Source: Vicugna vicugna
Lineage: Eukaryota
Assembly (NCBI GenBank): GCA_013265495.1
Contig: MU058844.1
Location: 502,941 to 566,940, forward strand
DNA: 64,000 nucleotides
Direction: 5' to 3'
Shown here: positions 1-12,160 of the stretch, one piece after another
Layout: every line of letters starts with the position of its first letter
Numbering within the stretch: position 1 is the stretch's first letter
The notes under the pieces: model-generated
What the model was told of the DNA's origin: nothing
The model's database searches: none
What the model saw: the letters and a program-made list of their open reading frames with translations, nothing else
Program-made: the position numbers and the translations under genes

Positions 1-604
1 AAACTATGTTCACAAAACCCTGGGGTTCATCTAACATGCATTAGGGCTCTGCAGTTTTTTTTTTTTTTGTCTAAATGTCATACTGCTGATGGAGATTGAT
101 ATATGATTGTCTACAGTCACCCCTGACTGAACCTTTTTGTAAAACATGTTCCCATAGATTTATTTTAAGATGAATAAATGGTCTACATTTGAATAATAGT
201 CCATCTCTCTGGGTCAACAGATGCCTTTATTTTGTTTTTAAAATGAGGGTGCTTTGTAGACTAAGCCTATTTTCAACACCGGCTCTCTAGTTATGGTGTG
301 AGTGTCCCCATTAGGATTTCCTGTCTGGCCAACCTTGTCAGCCTGTTTCTAACGTATTCCTTCTATTAAACACAAATAGATTTGCTTTGCTAAACTAGCC
401 TGTAATCTGCAGAGTTCCTGGGAGGGAGATTCTTGCCTGATATATTTTATTTTGCTTTAAGTATCAACAAACATGTAAAAAGCTTCTTGGATCTAATCAA
501 CTAGTGTTCTTCCTTGAAACTACTGGAAGAAGTATGTGGATTACTGATTAGTGTGGACAACATAAATAGCTTTTTGCAATTAAAAACTCTTGAAAATGTG
601 ATTG

Positions 605-800
605 TATCATGGTGTAAGGGAAGAGACAGTGGCTTTAACAGATAGCTGTGAATTTGCTTTAGCTGTTCACTAGCTATGGGACACTGGCAAGTTATTTATC
701 TTTCTGAGCATAGACTTCTTGTAATAAAAATGGAAAATACTATCTTTCAGGTTGTTATGAGGATCACATGAGGTACACTTAAGCACTCAACAAATGTTGA
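605..800 (+). mobile_element. MIR SINE (degraded)
   Basis: MIR core-like 'cactagctatgggacactggcaagttattt...tgtaataaaaatggaaaatac...gttgttatgaggatcacatgag...cactcaacaaatgtt'. Confidence 0.7.
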
Positions 801-1181
801 CATAAAAAGGGTACAGCTAATTTAGATCAGAGAGTCAGGGAAGGTTCCATCAATTCAATTCTTTGTACCCATCACCCCAAATACTGGAAGTAACTTTAGA
901 CATTTCAGGTGCTAGAGAGAGAGGAATATATTAAACTCTTAGCTTTAAAATATTTCCTGTTTTTTACCCCCACAAAAATCTCTAATTTACATCTATTTAG
1001 AATTTTACTACTTATATTAAAGATAATATTATCCTTGCCCTTTGCTGTGTAAATCTTGCAAAGTGCTCTAGCCAAAGGCAATAAATTTCACTCTGACAAG
1101 ATCAAAGACTATTCAAATAGTGTGAATATAAAATATTATACAACATTTTCAATTTATGGTACATTTATGAAATATCATTGC

Positions 1182-1217
1182 ATCGCTTCTCAGCCTTTTG
1201 GCTAAGATCCTATGTAG
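1182..1217 (+). pseudogene. RNU2 (pseudogene): U2 snRNA pseudogene, 3'-truncated (first 36 nt only)
   Basis: atcgcttctcagccttttggctaagatcctatgtag matches U2 nt 1-36 (ATCGCTTCTCGGCCTTTTGGCTAAGATCAAGTGTAG) at 32/36 positions; 'tcattgc' is repeated at 1175-1181 and 1227-1233. Confidence 0.9.
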
Positions 1218-1479
1218 AACAAAGACTCATTGCCATAGAAGAAGCATCTCAGATATCTTCTGGTAATGGGGGTAATTTTATGGAATTCTATTTCCTCTCT
1301 CTCTCTGTTTTCCTTGGCTGTCCCTGTTTGAGTTGGGTGCCCCTCCTATAGGCTTCCATAGTCTTTGAATTCCAAAGATAATCTCAGATATTGTTCTGTC
1401 ACCCTATATGAGTTCCCCCAACAGAATATGCATTTGCAATGGGCAAGAACTCCCAGTATTTCTGGCCAACCATCACCCA

Positions 1480-1800
1480 TTCCCTCCCAACACCCATGGC
1501 TGTGCCATTTTTGTCAGGCCTGGGGTCCTGCTCTAATCCCTTCATGCCTTCTTCTCCACTTATGTCAGTCCCAGTTTTCCAAGTCATCTCTCATCCTTTG
1601 CACTCTGATCTCCACATGACCTCATATATCCCTTTTCTGACTCTATATCTCACTTCTGCCAACTTCTGAAACCCCTCTACAATGACCTTACTTCTGTGAA
1701 TGTTCTCCTCACCTTCTTGTTACAATGGAGACTTGGTTCTCCCAAGGACACTTGTTCCTTTGCATGTGGTGGTCATTTTCTCTCCCACACTCCTTGTATC
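1480..1800 (+). mobile_element. L2 LINE fragment; appears to resume at ~2850-3320 after the LTR insertions
   Basis: Pyrimidine-rich degraded L2-like sequence ('ctcccaacacccatggc', later 'cctccaatgaccttgccccaaccc...cacccactccagtgatcagtccttagac'). Confidence 0.5.
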
Positions 1801-1802
1801 AT

Positions 1803-2501
1803 TGTTACTAAACTCATGTTCAGTTGTTCACTACTTAAAAATGATACTTGAGAGAGAAGTGTTGGTAGGAAAGGAAAGGTTGCTTTATTCAGGAGGCCAG
1901 CAACCTAGGGAGAAAGGTGGACTTGTGTCCAAAAGCCAACTCCAACTGCTGATTGGAGCAAAAGCTTTTAAAGGGGAGTTTTGGGGTATATAGACAGAGG
2001 GAGGGGGCTGGGCTACATTCAGAACAGCACGGTTAGCTCTACCAATCATCTTGAAATTGGTCATTCTGTGGTCTGATCAGCGTTATCTTGATTGTTTTAA
2101 GTACAATTAATCTTCAGTTCCAGGGTCAGTTTGTTCCCATTTCCTTGAGGCCAGTTCTGAGTTGGGTAAGATGGAGCAGCTTATGTCATGGCTACAGCCT
2201 GGTCATCATATAGTTAACTTCTTCCACCTGGTGGGGGTTTCAGTATCTCCAAAAGGGCTCAAAGGATATGGCCCAGAATATTATCTGTAGCCCTTGAGGA
2301 GAAACCAAAGGTTCTTGACTTTATTTAATGACTAAAGGGTAATTATTTTATCCTGTTTGACTGCTTTTCTTTGCTTCTGCATTTTTTCATTTCTCTGTTT
2401 AAATTTGTTCTTTGGCTAAAGTTTTTCTACATATATGAGGCAGGTGGAAGACATAAGGGGGTCTGTCCTGGGAGGGCCTCATAGGGTCCTGCTCCATTAT
2501 A
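1803..2501 (-). mobile_element. ERV1-class solo LTR
   Basis: Runs from 'tgttact' to 'gggtcctgctccattata' (degenerate TG...CA); minus-strand AATAAA near 1885; flanked by tcat/ccat, consistent with a 4-bp TSD. Confidence 0.75.
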
Positions 2502-2529
2502 CCATGGGCCTACAAGCTGGGTGGGTACT

Positions 2530-2838
2530 AATGTGTTCCCTCAGATTCATCTGTTAAAACCTAACCCCTAATGTGATGGTATTAGGAGATGTGGCCTTTG
2601 GGAGGTGATTAGGTCATGAGAGTGGAGCCCTTATGAAAGAGACTCCCTTGCCCCTTCTACCTGATAAGACACGAGAGAAGATAGCCATTTATGAACCAGG
2701 AAGCTAGTTCTCACCAGACACCAAATCTGCTGGCACCTTAATCTTGGACTTCTAGCCTCCAGAACTGTGAGAAATAAATTTTTGTTGTTTATAAGCCACC
2801 CAAACTATGGCATTTTTGTTATAGCACAGACTAAAACC
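2530..2838 (+). mobile_element. MaLR LTR, MLT1A-like
   Basis: 'aatgtgatggtattaggagatgtggcctttgggaggtgattaggtcatgag' and 'ttggacttctagcctccagaactgtgagaaataaattt...taagccaccc'. Confidence 0.9.
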
Positions 2839-3090
2839 AGGGGCATCCTCATTACTGCTTCCAGACCGTTGCTGTCTGCTCCCTGCTCCTCAGCTCTCCT
2901 CACCAGCTCTGACTATCAAGTCTTCAGACTCTGTCCCACCTTGTAGTCTTATACTGCCTGCTTCTTCCAACACGCACCCACATTCCTTAAGATTATAGCT
3001 CCAGATCCCTCTCTCCCACACTACTCCTGTCGTACTTCATGATGATTGTTTTATCCTCATAGCTTATTTTTCAGTATCTGGTCTTGGTTT

Positions 3091-3185
3091 ATTTATTTAT
3101 TTTTTGTGGTGGAGGAAAATGCAGCTTTATTGTGAGACTCTAATATAAGGAGAATGGGTAGCTTGTGCTCTAAAGCTCCAAACTC
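3091..3185 (-). mobile_element. Poly(A)-tailed retrocopy of an ERV LTR 3' (U3/R) end
   Basis: Minus-strand AATAAA (3126-3131), 20 nt spacer, then A/(TAAA)n tail; 9-bp direct repeat tcttggttt at 3082-3090 and 3186-3194. Confidence 0.6.
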
Positions 3186-4369
3186 TCTTGGTTTTGTTTG
3201 GATTCCCCTCCTCCAATGACCTTGCCCCAACCCTACGTCATGGCACCCACTCCAGTGATCAGTCCTTAGACGTGGTCACTACTAATACCATGGCCTGTCC
3301 CCAATGTCAGTCTCAAGTACTAGCTATTGTTGTTACTAGTATTATTTTTATAGAATTGTTGAATTGGACTACTCACCAGTTGAGTGACCATAGGCACGTA
3401 AGTTACATTCTTTCAGCCCCCTTAGTTCTAGCCAGTGTCTGTCCTGTAGGGGAGTTGAGATCAGATATTGGTGATGGGATATGGGGAAGAGAAGCAAGAG
3501 GAGCTGAGCAATGAAGGGATTAAGGGCTTCGAATTAAGCTGTGAAGAAAGAGGTAAAGCTTAGAGGGCGGTGGAGTATAAAACAATATTCTATTCTGGAC
3601 TGAAAGGATGGCAGACCTGCCTGTCAGAAGGTGGGGAAGTTGGCTAAGAAACAGTAAGTAGATTATAAACTAGAGGCTTGCAGGGCCAGCAGGGGTGGAA
3701 CAGAGAGATTAAAGGCAGCCCCAGGGATTCAGAGAAGAAAATGTTCCAGCGCACACAGTAGGGGCTGAATAAATATTTACTGAATAAATGAGTAAAGTTA
3801 TATGACTCCATGCTTAGGGTTTTGTTGTTTTCTCAACCTGATCTGGACCGAGAAAGTGCAAGGGTGTCACATTTTAGGCAGGTATGGGGGTGAGCAAGGA
3901 CAAGGCTGCTGCTGGCCTATTTGTTGTGCAAATTAGAAGCAGCTCCAGATCTGGGCTGATGGATTAGAAAAGGGCATCTACTTTTTCAAGTTCTAAGCAA
4001 CTTTGTGTCAGCAAGTGTGGTTTGGATTTCAGCACTGCCACCCTTGTGCCTCGGTTCAGGTCAGGTTGGTGATGATAATGTGGGAAGGTTCTCAAGTCCA
4101 TTCTTGAACCGCTCCCCCTGCCCCCAACCCCAAGTGGTCTTCAGACTCTTTGGGCCTGGGCTCCTGCAATCTCTGAAGCCAAAAATTCTTCTCTTCACCT
4201 GTCTGCTGTGACCTCCCTTTTGCTGTAACAATTGAGCCCGAGGCCTAGTGACATGAAGATTTGGGACTGTGAGTAAAAGATTTCTCTCCTCTTGCTGGGA
4301 GAAAATAAAGGAAAGTGACACGGATTTATGATGGACTCCTCGTTACTTTCTGTGTCAGACATCGTTACA

Positions 4370-4530
4370 GACGCTTACCACATTTTCCATCCTCAAGACA
4401 ATCTTCCCAGGCAAATAGTAATTGCCGTTATTCTTACTGAGGTCCAGAGAGAGCCTACACCCTGGGCCAGGCACGGAGTGAGGAGTGGTGTTAAGATTCA
4501 AACTCAGGTTATTCCCTGTGCCACGTGGCT
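4370..4530 (-). mobile_element. MIR SINE
   Basis: 'atcctcaagacaatc...ttactgaggtccagagag...gattcaaactcagg'. Confidence 0.6.
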
Positions 4531-5189
4531 GCAGCATTTTTTTCTGGTGAAATACATTGCTAGATGTAAACTCATGGAAGTTAGGCACTTTGTATCCTCA
4601 GAGCTCAGGGTCATCTCTGATGTTAACAAAATGCTAAATAAAGGTCGGGACGGTTGTACTGAATGTGGGTGAGTAACAGCTGCTGACCTCCAGCCTTTCC
4701 CCCTCTCCCTGTAGTCATGTTCACCCCGGGCTCAGTCATCAGGAGGCTGTCTTCATAATTTGCCCTTCCAGCTTCCCCTCTGAAGGAAGTGCTTCTCATT
4801 ATGGGAATCTGCCCCATCCACTGAGCTCTAGTCATTTGACCCCCAAGGGAGATCTGGAGACATTCTTTTCCTAGTGGCTCCCATTGATCCTGGGGGCTAA
4901 CAGTTTCCGTTATTGTCTACTCTTGCTCTTACTTGGTTTTCATACCCCCAGGTATATTTAAGGATTCTTGAGAAAGGTGATTTTCAGTTCCTGTTTATTG
5001 ACCTCAATACAGCACTATACTGTCTGGGTATCTTCAAATCATTCAATGAAATTTAACATCAGTTTGGAAATAATAAATAATTAATTGTCAGTTTTTAAAC
5101 TTAAGTTGATATGATGCAACTCTCAGCAAACTTTTAAATCTACTCCCTGGAATTAACCTTCTTTTGGTTTTCTAACTTGCCCAAGCCAT

Positions 5190-5460
5190 AGAGCTAATAA
5201 ATGGACACCTTTTAGGGTTTGGTTTGAATTGTCACTCTGTTGCTCACAAGCTGGCCCAGTTTCTTAGCCTCTATTTAAAAAAAAAAAAAAAAGACCTACC
5301 AGATTCCAGGTACTATTCTAAGAGTTCTCCTCATCTGTAGATTGGGATAATAATAGCACGTACTTAATTCATAAGTGGTCTTGAAGATGACATGCAGGCA
5401 CGTGTGCAACATCCTTCAGATGGAGGCTGGAATATGATAAGCGCTCAACAATGTTAGACA
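5190..5460 (+). mobile_element. MIR SINE, interrupted by an A-tract-containing stretch
   Basis: 'ctcatctgtagattgggataataatagcac...aagcgctcaacaatgttag'. Confidence 0.7.
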
Positions 5461-5624
5461 TTTTGATTGTCATTAGTAACTATCTTGTCTGCTGAGAAAC
5501 ATGACCAGCCACCGAATGCAGTGCTACCCTTGCCCTTTTCCATTTTAAATGGTCCTATTCTGAAGAATGTTTGTGAACATGTTACAAATACTCTTTTCAT
5601 CTTAAAAACTTTACAATAAACTGT

Positions 5625-5840
5625 TTATTTTAGGATAATTTCAGATTTACAGGAAACTTGCACGGAGGTACAGAGAGTTCACCTATATACCTTACCTGCA
5701 TCTCACTTATTGTGTATATTTCTCACCACTAAGAAGCCAACATTGGTACTTGACTATTAACTAAATCCCAGACTTTTTCATATTTCAGTAATGTCCTTTT
5801 TCTGTTCCAAGATCTAGCGTAGGATACTACATTGCATTTG
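5625..5840 (-). mobile_element. Old L1 (L1MC/L1ME-type) 3' UTR fragment
   Basis: 'ataatttcagatttacaggaaacttgca...tacagagagttc' and 'aatgtcctttttctgttccaagatc...tacattgcattt'. Confidence 0.7.
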
Positions 5841-6177
5841 GGCAAATGCTCCCTTTCACACTAAGCAGCAGTCACTTCTGTCAGCCTTATCTCTGTGCTC
5901 TGCTTGGAAGAACGCCACCGGGAAGCACCTGGCATGCTCTGATTCCAGCCTCTGTAGCTTGCTGCTCTTCACCTTGTCTCACCAACCGTTTCCTTACACT
6001 CTGACAGATCCACAGGACTGGTCTGTAACAGTGACACTTATTAGCTGTGTGACTGAGCTTAATCCTCTAGGAATCCTCAGTTTTCTCACCTGTACAATGT
6101 GGATAACAGTAATTCCTACAGGACGCAGCATATAGTGACTCCTCCCCTAAAAATGTTAATTAAAGATGTTAATTATT

Positions 6178-6300
6178 GGGGGAGGGTATAGCTCATGTGC
6201 TATGGCAGAGTGCATGGTTAGCATGCACGAGGTCCTGGGTTCAATTCCCAGTACCTCCTCCAAAAATAAATATGTAAATAAACCTAATTACCTCCCAACC
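6178..6300 (+). mobile_element. Camelid tRNA-derived SINE (vic-1 type)
   Basis: ggggagggtatagctca...gcatgcacgaggtcctgggttcaattcccagtacctcc with Pol III A/B boxes; tail 'aaacctaattacctcc'; TSD aaa(g/a)atgttaattattg at 6162-6178 and 6301-6317. Confidence 0.9.
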
Positions 6301-7329
6301 AAAAATGTTAATTATTGTTTCTGCTATATCATTGTGCTTCTTCTTCAGATCATAAACCAGCGTAGCTCCTGATTCTGTCCATACTTTTTCAACCTTCTGA
6401 TGTTATCGCAAGTGTTATGTGGGTTATTAGATGAGTTTGCTGACTCAGAGGCTGCTTAATTTACAGAAAAGTTTAATTGCTTCTTATTTTTTAATGCCTT
6501 TTTTAAAGTGCTTTGCTACTTTCCTTCCCATGTAGAAAAATTTGGGATGTACGTAGTACAACGAGAGAGAATCTGAAATACCAGATTCCCAAGTTTTCTT
6601 CCAAATCCTCTCCCACCCTTTATTTTGGTCTGTCTTATTCCTAGAACTCCCACCATACTGCCTGCAAGGAATAGGAGGCCCACCCATCCATCTGCCATAA
6701 GCTGGTAGGGGAAAAGAAACTGGCAGCTAGTGTCTAGGATAAGCGTTTTTGAGTATTTGAATCATTTTTAGTGGGATGTGCTTGGGTCATATGGTCTAAT
6801 CAGGAAATTTCATGCAATCTGACATTTCCCATCAGAGTTGCTTAGGAACCTAAGGAAAGCTCTGGCTCTGAATGGTAGGACAGTAATAAATTAGGCAGTC
6901 CCAGGTCCAGCCATCTGCTTTAAGTAAATTAAGAGCATAACCCATATGGGATTTATCTAAAATAGAGATTCACATTTTTTTTTCATCATCTGATTTGTAT
7001 TCTCTTTATCTGGGCTCTTTAAATTGGTTTAACTTTGCAGAGAATATCCCAGATGTCTGTATCCCCTGCTTCACAGTATCTCCCACCCTCTCTTTCCCAT
7101 TCAGACAGCCAACCTCAGTGTCTCCCATAGCCCATGAACAATGTCCTCTTTAATGGCGGATGATCTTGACATTTTATTTTGAGAGTGGCCTGATTAGAGG
7201 CTGAAGGATTTTGACTCGGCATTCTCAGTTTTGCCTCTGCAGTACTGTCCTCCGCCTTTTCTCATTTATCACCTTCCTTTACTCCCTCCCCATTCTCAGG
7301 TCCCTCTGACCTCTCTGATCAGAGTTCCT

Positions 7330-7772
7330 CTCATTTGTCCTCTCATCATCATTTTTTGTTTTTGCTCTGCCCGCCTAGTCATCTTCATAAGCCATTTTCA
7401 GCATGCCACTCACTTGCTTAGATATCTGCGCTGTTTACAGGATAAGCCAAATGTTTCTACCTTAAATTCCTCTCTCAAGTTCCAGCCTGCCTTTAAACCT
7501 CATCTACCTCTTAGTAGCCTTTACTCTCACTTCACAGTCTGTTCGCTCCACTTCCTCCAGAGCACATTTACTTTGTCCTGCATCATTTACTTTTATTACT
7601 TTAAAATTATAGTCTGCTTTATGTCTTTGCTTAACTGTTTGATGTTTCTAATTTGATTGTAAGCTCCTGGAAAGCAGTCTTAGACTTTTTTTGTGGTCCC
7701 CATCCCATGCTTATCACAGTTCTAGACGCTTGGAAGTGTTTGTTAAATACCGAATGAATGAATGAATGAATG
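7330..7772 (+). mobile_element. L2 LINE 3' end
   Basis: 'attgtaagctcctggaaagcag...tgttaaataccgaatgaatgaatgaatgaatg', the typical L2 (GAAT)n tail. Confidence 0.75.
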
Positions 7773-9679
7773 GACTGCTTTGTCATGGTTTTACTTCTAG
7801 TGGGGTTAGACAAACAGTTAAGGCAAATAAGTAAGATATATAGTAGGTGAGAGGGTGATAGGCTATGAAAAGAATTAAGTAGAGGAAGAATGGGGTTACA
7901 AGTGTAAATAAGATAGTCAGGAAAGACTTCCTGGGAAATAACCTTTAGGTAAAGATGTCATTGCGGTGATTCTGAATGCTATAAGGCAGAGGTTTAATCA
8001 GTAAAAAATTCTTTCCAGAGTATAACATAGTAACATGCATGTGTTTGATTGATGCAGTTGGAATGGCATATATCAGGGTGTCTCCAAAGGCATGGAATAT
8101 CATTCAAATGATATTTTTGACTAGAGATTATGTTGCCCTAGAGGGGACAAAGCCACTCATTTAAATCCTCACCTCAAACTGCACACGGTACAGAAAACAG
8201 AAAAGCAAGAGCTTTGTGACACAGTAATTGTTTAGAATAGATACGGTTAAAGTGCAGGAAAACAGTAAAGACAAAGCTAAAGCGAAAATTAAATGGAATG
8301 CCATGCTGAGGATTCGCTGTCTCCCTCGAGCCTTCATGGAGGACCAGAACAATTGAGCTGGAGCTTAATTCAGTAGGGCCAGCCCAGGATGGCCCAAGGA
8401 TGCTAGAGAAGGGAGGTTATCTAGGATTTGAGAGGATTATGGGGTCGAGGCCTGTGAAGGAGGGTCTATCACCTAGCAGATGGGAAGCAGCTGTCTGCCG
8501 GCTGCGAGGGAGCTCTCAGAGGACTACTTGGGTTTCCATGTGAAGAATCACTTCAACCTGGAAAGTTCATCAACATTGAATGACCCAGGAGCCTTCAAAA
8601 GTTTATTCTTTTTCACCTCTTAATTTCTCAGCTAGGAATCTAGCCTAAGGAAATGTTCACAGATGTAAATGCAGGGTTGTGTGCTAAAAGTTCAGTTAGC
8701 GTTCTTCCACACAGTAGTATTTGTGCAGTCATAAAAAATGCTTTCAAAATGGCATAGAAAAATATACTTACTATAATGAGCAAAATTTTAAAGAGCAAAA
8801 TTCCACACTGTATGTATCATTGCAAATGTGTAAAAATAAAATTATATTCATTCATTTATTCACCATTTACTAGCACATAGGTGGTTCAGACACTGTGGTA
8901 GGTGCTGAAGAGATGAATTTTGATTTGCACGTGTGTGTATGTGTGTGTTCATGGAAAAAAAGACTGCAAAGAAATACTAAACATTTACAATGGTTCTAAG
9001 TGATTGATTTACTATACTTTTAACTTTATTCTTTGTATTTTCTCTAATTTCCATATTTCCTGAAGGGTATATGTATTTCTTTTAGACTGGAAAAAGCAAA
9101 CATGATTATGAATATGGGGGCATCATTAAACGTGGAGGTTCCCAAGTAAGTAAAATCATTGAGGGTCTTTCCCTTTATTAATATAAGGTGCAAAGCCACC
9201 TGAACTTAGGATAGGTTGCATTTTACTGCAGGCAGCTCACTGGAGACCAGCAGAGCACTCCTCCCCCTACCAGTGTCCAAAGGTTTCTCGTTTCTGGAGG
9301 AGGCCAGCCTAAACCAGCAGAGCAGGTTTGGAGCAGTGAGATGCAGTGGAATAGAGTAGATTAGAATCTGGGATTGATTAGCACGCTTGCAGCTGGACAA
9401 ATGGACCACTTGAGCAGCCTCACCTAGGCCAGCCCTGAGGAGAGTCTGCGGTTCTCAGTCACAGGAAGACACAGAATCTGACACCCCAGCAAGGAAACAA
9501 AGCAATGTGAGGGAAAAAAGAGGCTTTTGTGCCAAACAAGGTTTCTAGGCAACTTACTCATTTAACTACTTCCACGTCCCCAACCCTTCAGCTTTGCTGA
9601 CCTTTAGAACCTGTCTGATAAGCTCATCAGATTTCCGCAATGAAAGCTGACGCATGCAGAGGAGGCTGATCAACATTTG

Positions 9680-10470
9680 GCTCCTGCCTCACTTCCCAGC
9701 CTCATCTCCATCATTCCGCCCTGTGTTCTTATCCTAACAAAAAATGGCCTTGGTGTCCCTAGACTTTCCTGTTTCAGCTTCTGCCCATGCTGGTCCCTCT
9801 GCCTGGATCCCCTTTTCTGGACCTGACAGCCTCCTCCTGATTCAGTTCAAGTTTCACTTCCCTGGGGACCCATTTCTTGTACCAGCATTCGCTCTAACTC
9901 TCTTCCACTTCCTCTAGTGAAGGGCAGAGTACCACATGTATACTTCCATGACAAGGATCTTGTTTCTTTAGAAGTCTGTGTGTGAGCTCCCTGAGGGAAA
10001 TGGTGTTTTCTTATTCATCTTTATTCTTAGTGTCTAGCCTGTATCTGACACACAGTGGGGGCTCAAAAATGTGTATTTGAACCAATGAATTTTCAGTGTA
10101 GGATATACATAGCTTCTTAGGAGCCCAAAATGAATGTTGAGTTCCATCTGTCTATCAGTCCATCTGTCCATCCATCCATCTATCCAACAACCCTTATCAA
10201 ATGTGTACTATGAGCTAGCACTGAGACAGACAAGGCCACTGTTGTCATGAAAGTTATAACCGAAAGGGAAGACATATTGAACAAATAATTATAGCTTTAT
10301 TTTACCCCATAGTACCTGTCATGAGATCCATATTTTTGTTTATTGTCTGTCTCTGATACTAGACTATAATAATCTATGGGAGGGCAGGGGCTTTATCTTA
10401 TTTGCCACAGTGCCTAAAACAGTGCCTGCCACTTTGTAGGTACTTGATTAATATTTGTTAACTGAACAGA
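9680..10470. mobile_element. Cluster of L2 3'-end fragments in both orientations
   Basis: 'tgtgagctccctgaggg', 'tttattgtctgtctct...actagactat...ggagggcagggg', 'acagtgcctgccac...taggtacttgattaatatttgttaactgaa'. Confidence 0.7.
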
Positions 10471-11254
10471 CCAGACTGTATATGGTCCCATTTAAAACAA
10501 ATAAGGATGGGAATTTCTGATGTTTAAAACATGCATTAAAACCACCTACTTTCAGGCATCTTTCAAATGAAAAATGATTAAATACTAAAATCCAACATGA
10601 TGCATTGTAGTGACAATTTATGTCTCATTCCCAACTTCAGTTAGAATGTCTGAAAGATTCGGTCAAGATGACACCAAAGAACTATGTGATAAAAACTTGA
10701 TGAGTGCTTTTCAGTTTTAGATTAATTTTGTGATTCTCCTGGGTGATTTCAGGGAAAGGCTTTTTTGGATCCTGACCATGTGTTGATAATAGAGGACACG
10801 AAATAGAAGGTGTTGGGTCAGCAAGGAATAGCTGTGATAACAGTCCTAACCTGTGAGAAAAGGGTATTCTATACAGCAGTGTCCACCTTGTGTTATAGTT
10901 CTATTTGGCTGACAAAACAAACAAAACAAAACAAAAAAACAGGTGACTATTCTACTGCTGTCCAATCTCCCTTCCCTTGGAACCCCCCATTCCCAACTAG
11001 GGGCCTGGGTAGCTGGGCCAGGGTTAGACCTTGGTGTGCTGTGAGCTTGCATTGTTGTTGGGAAAGAGCAGGTATCCTTCGGGGATTGTCCTGCAAGGGC
11101 GGGGAGACTGGGAGGCCTTATCCAAGAGAGAAACCAAAATCTGGCCCCGAAAGCTGGAGAATCCAGGTGAGGCTGGAATCCATGGAAACCAGATCAGAGA
11201 AAGGAGGAGAGAGAGAGAGAGAGAGCGCGAGAATATGAATTAGAAATATGACTT

Positions 11255-11637
11255 AGAGTCTTGGGGCTGCTGTAACATGGTACCACAAACTGGTGGCTTA
11301 AACAACAGAAATGTGTTGTCTCAGTTCTAGAGGCTGGCAGAATTGGTTTCTTTTGAAGGAGAATCAGTTCCAAACCTCTCTTGTAGCTTCTGGTATCCTC
11401 AGGCGCTCCTTGGCTTGTAGATGGCATCCTCCCTTTGTCTTCATGCTATCTTCTCTCTGTTTGTGTCTCTCTCTGTGTCCAAATTTCCCCTTTTTATAAC
11501 TTCACCAGTCATGTTGGATTAGGGCCCACCCTAATGACCTTACTTTAACCTGATCATCTGCAAGAATCGTATTTCCAAATAAGGTCACATTCATAGGACT
11601 TCAGTATCTTTTGTAGGGACAGAACTCAACCCATAGC
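11255..11637 (-). mobile_element. MaLR LTR, MLT1C-like
   Basis: 'gggctgctgtaacatggtaccacaaactggtggcttaaacaacagaaat...ggattagggcccaccctaatgacct...ttccaaataaggtcacattc'. Confidence 0.9.
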
Positions 11638-11984
11638 AGAGAGATGAGAGAGTGGATGGATGGAGGGTAGCCTGGAGAATTTCTAGAATAGCTGGAACAT
11701 AGCATAGCATAGCACAGGGACTTTTCATAGGAACTAGGCAGCCCCAGCCAGGTTAGAGGAGGGCAAGAGAGATGCTCAGCTTGGACACACACCAATAATG
11801 AAACCAAAAAAAAAAAAAAAAATCCCCTTGAGGTGGATGGAGCTTTGAGGGAAGAAACACAGCACATAGCCACAATACTGTTTTATTTCTGGGGGAGAAA
11901 AAGGTGGGGGGACGTCAGATCTGCGTCAAATCATCAGAAGTAATTTGGTGACTTGGGAAGTATATTGGCTCACAGTGGGTCATA

Positions 11985-12160
11985 TGCCACTCCTCTAGTG
12001 CTAGTTGTGTGACCTTGCTTAACCTCTCCGGACCTTAATTTCCTCATCTGTAAAATGAGAACAGTAAACTCAGACTCCCAGGGTGTTTGTGAAGATTATG
12101 TGAGATTAGATGTGAAAAGCACCTGCTCTTAGAAGGCAGAACTCAACAAAAGTCAGTTCC
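11985..12160 (+). mobile_element. MIR SINE
   Basis: 'tgtgtgaccttg...aatttcctcatctgtaaaatgaga...tgtgaagatta'. Confidence 0.8.

Noticed and set aside
3684..3698. CTCF-like motif (ccagcaggggtgg) and similar words at ~8472 and ~15246
   Set aside because: Each misses core consensus positions and cannot be supported without PWM scoring or ChIP data.
6178..6260. tRNA-like sequence with A and B boxes (also at 22482, 28560, 50290 and 60840)
   Set aside because: These are SINE heads with A-rich tails, mostly with TSDs, and carry indels that break the cloverleaf; they are not tRNA genes.
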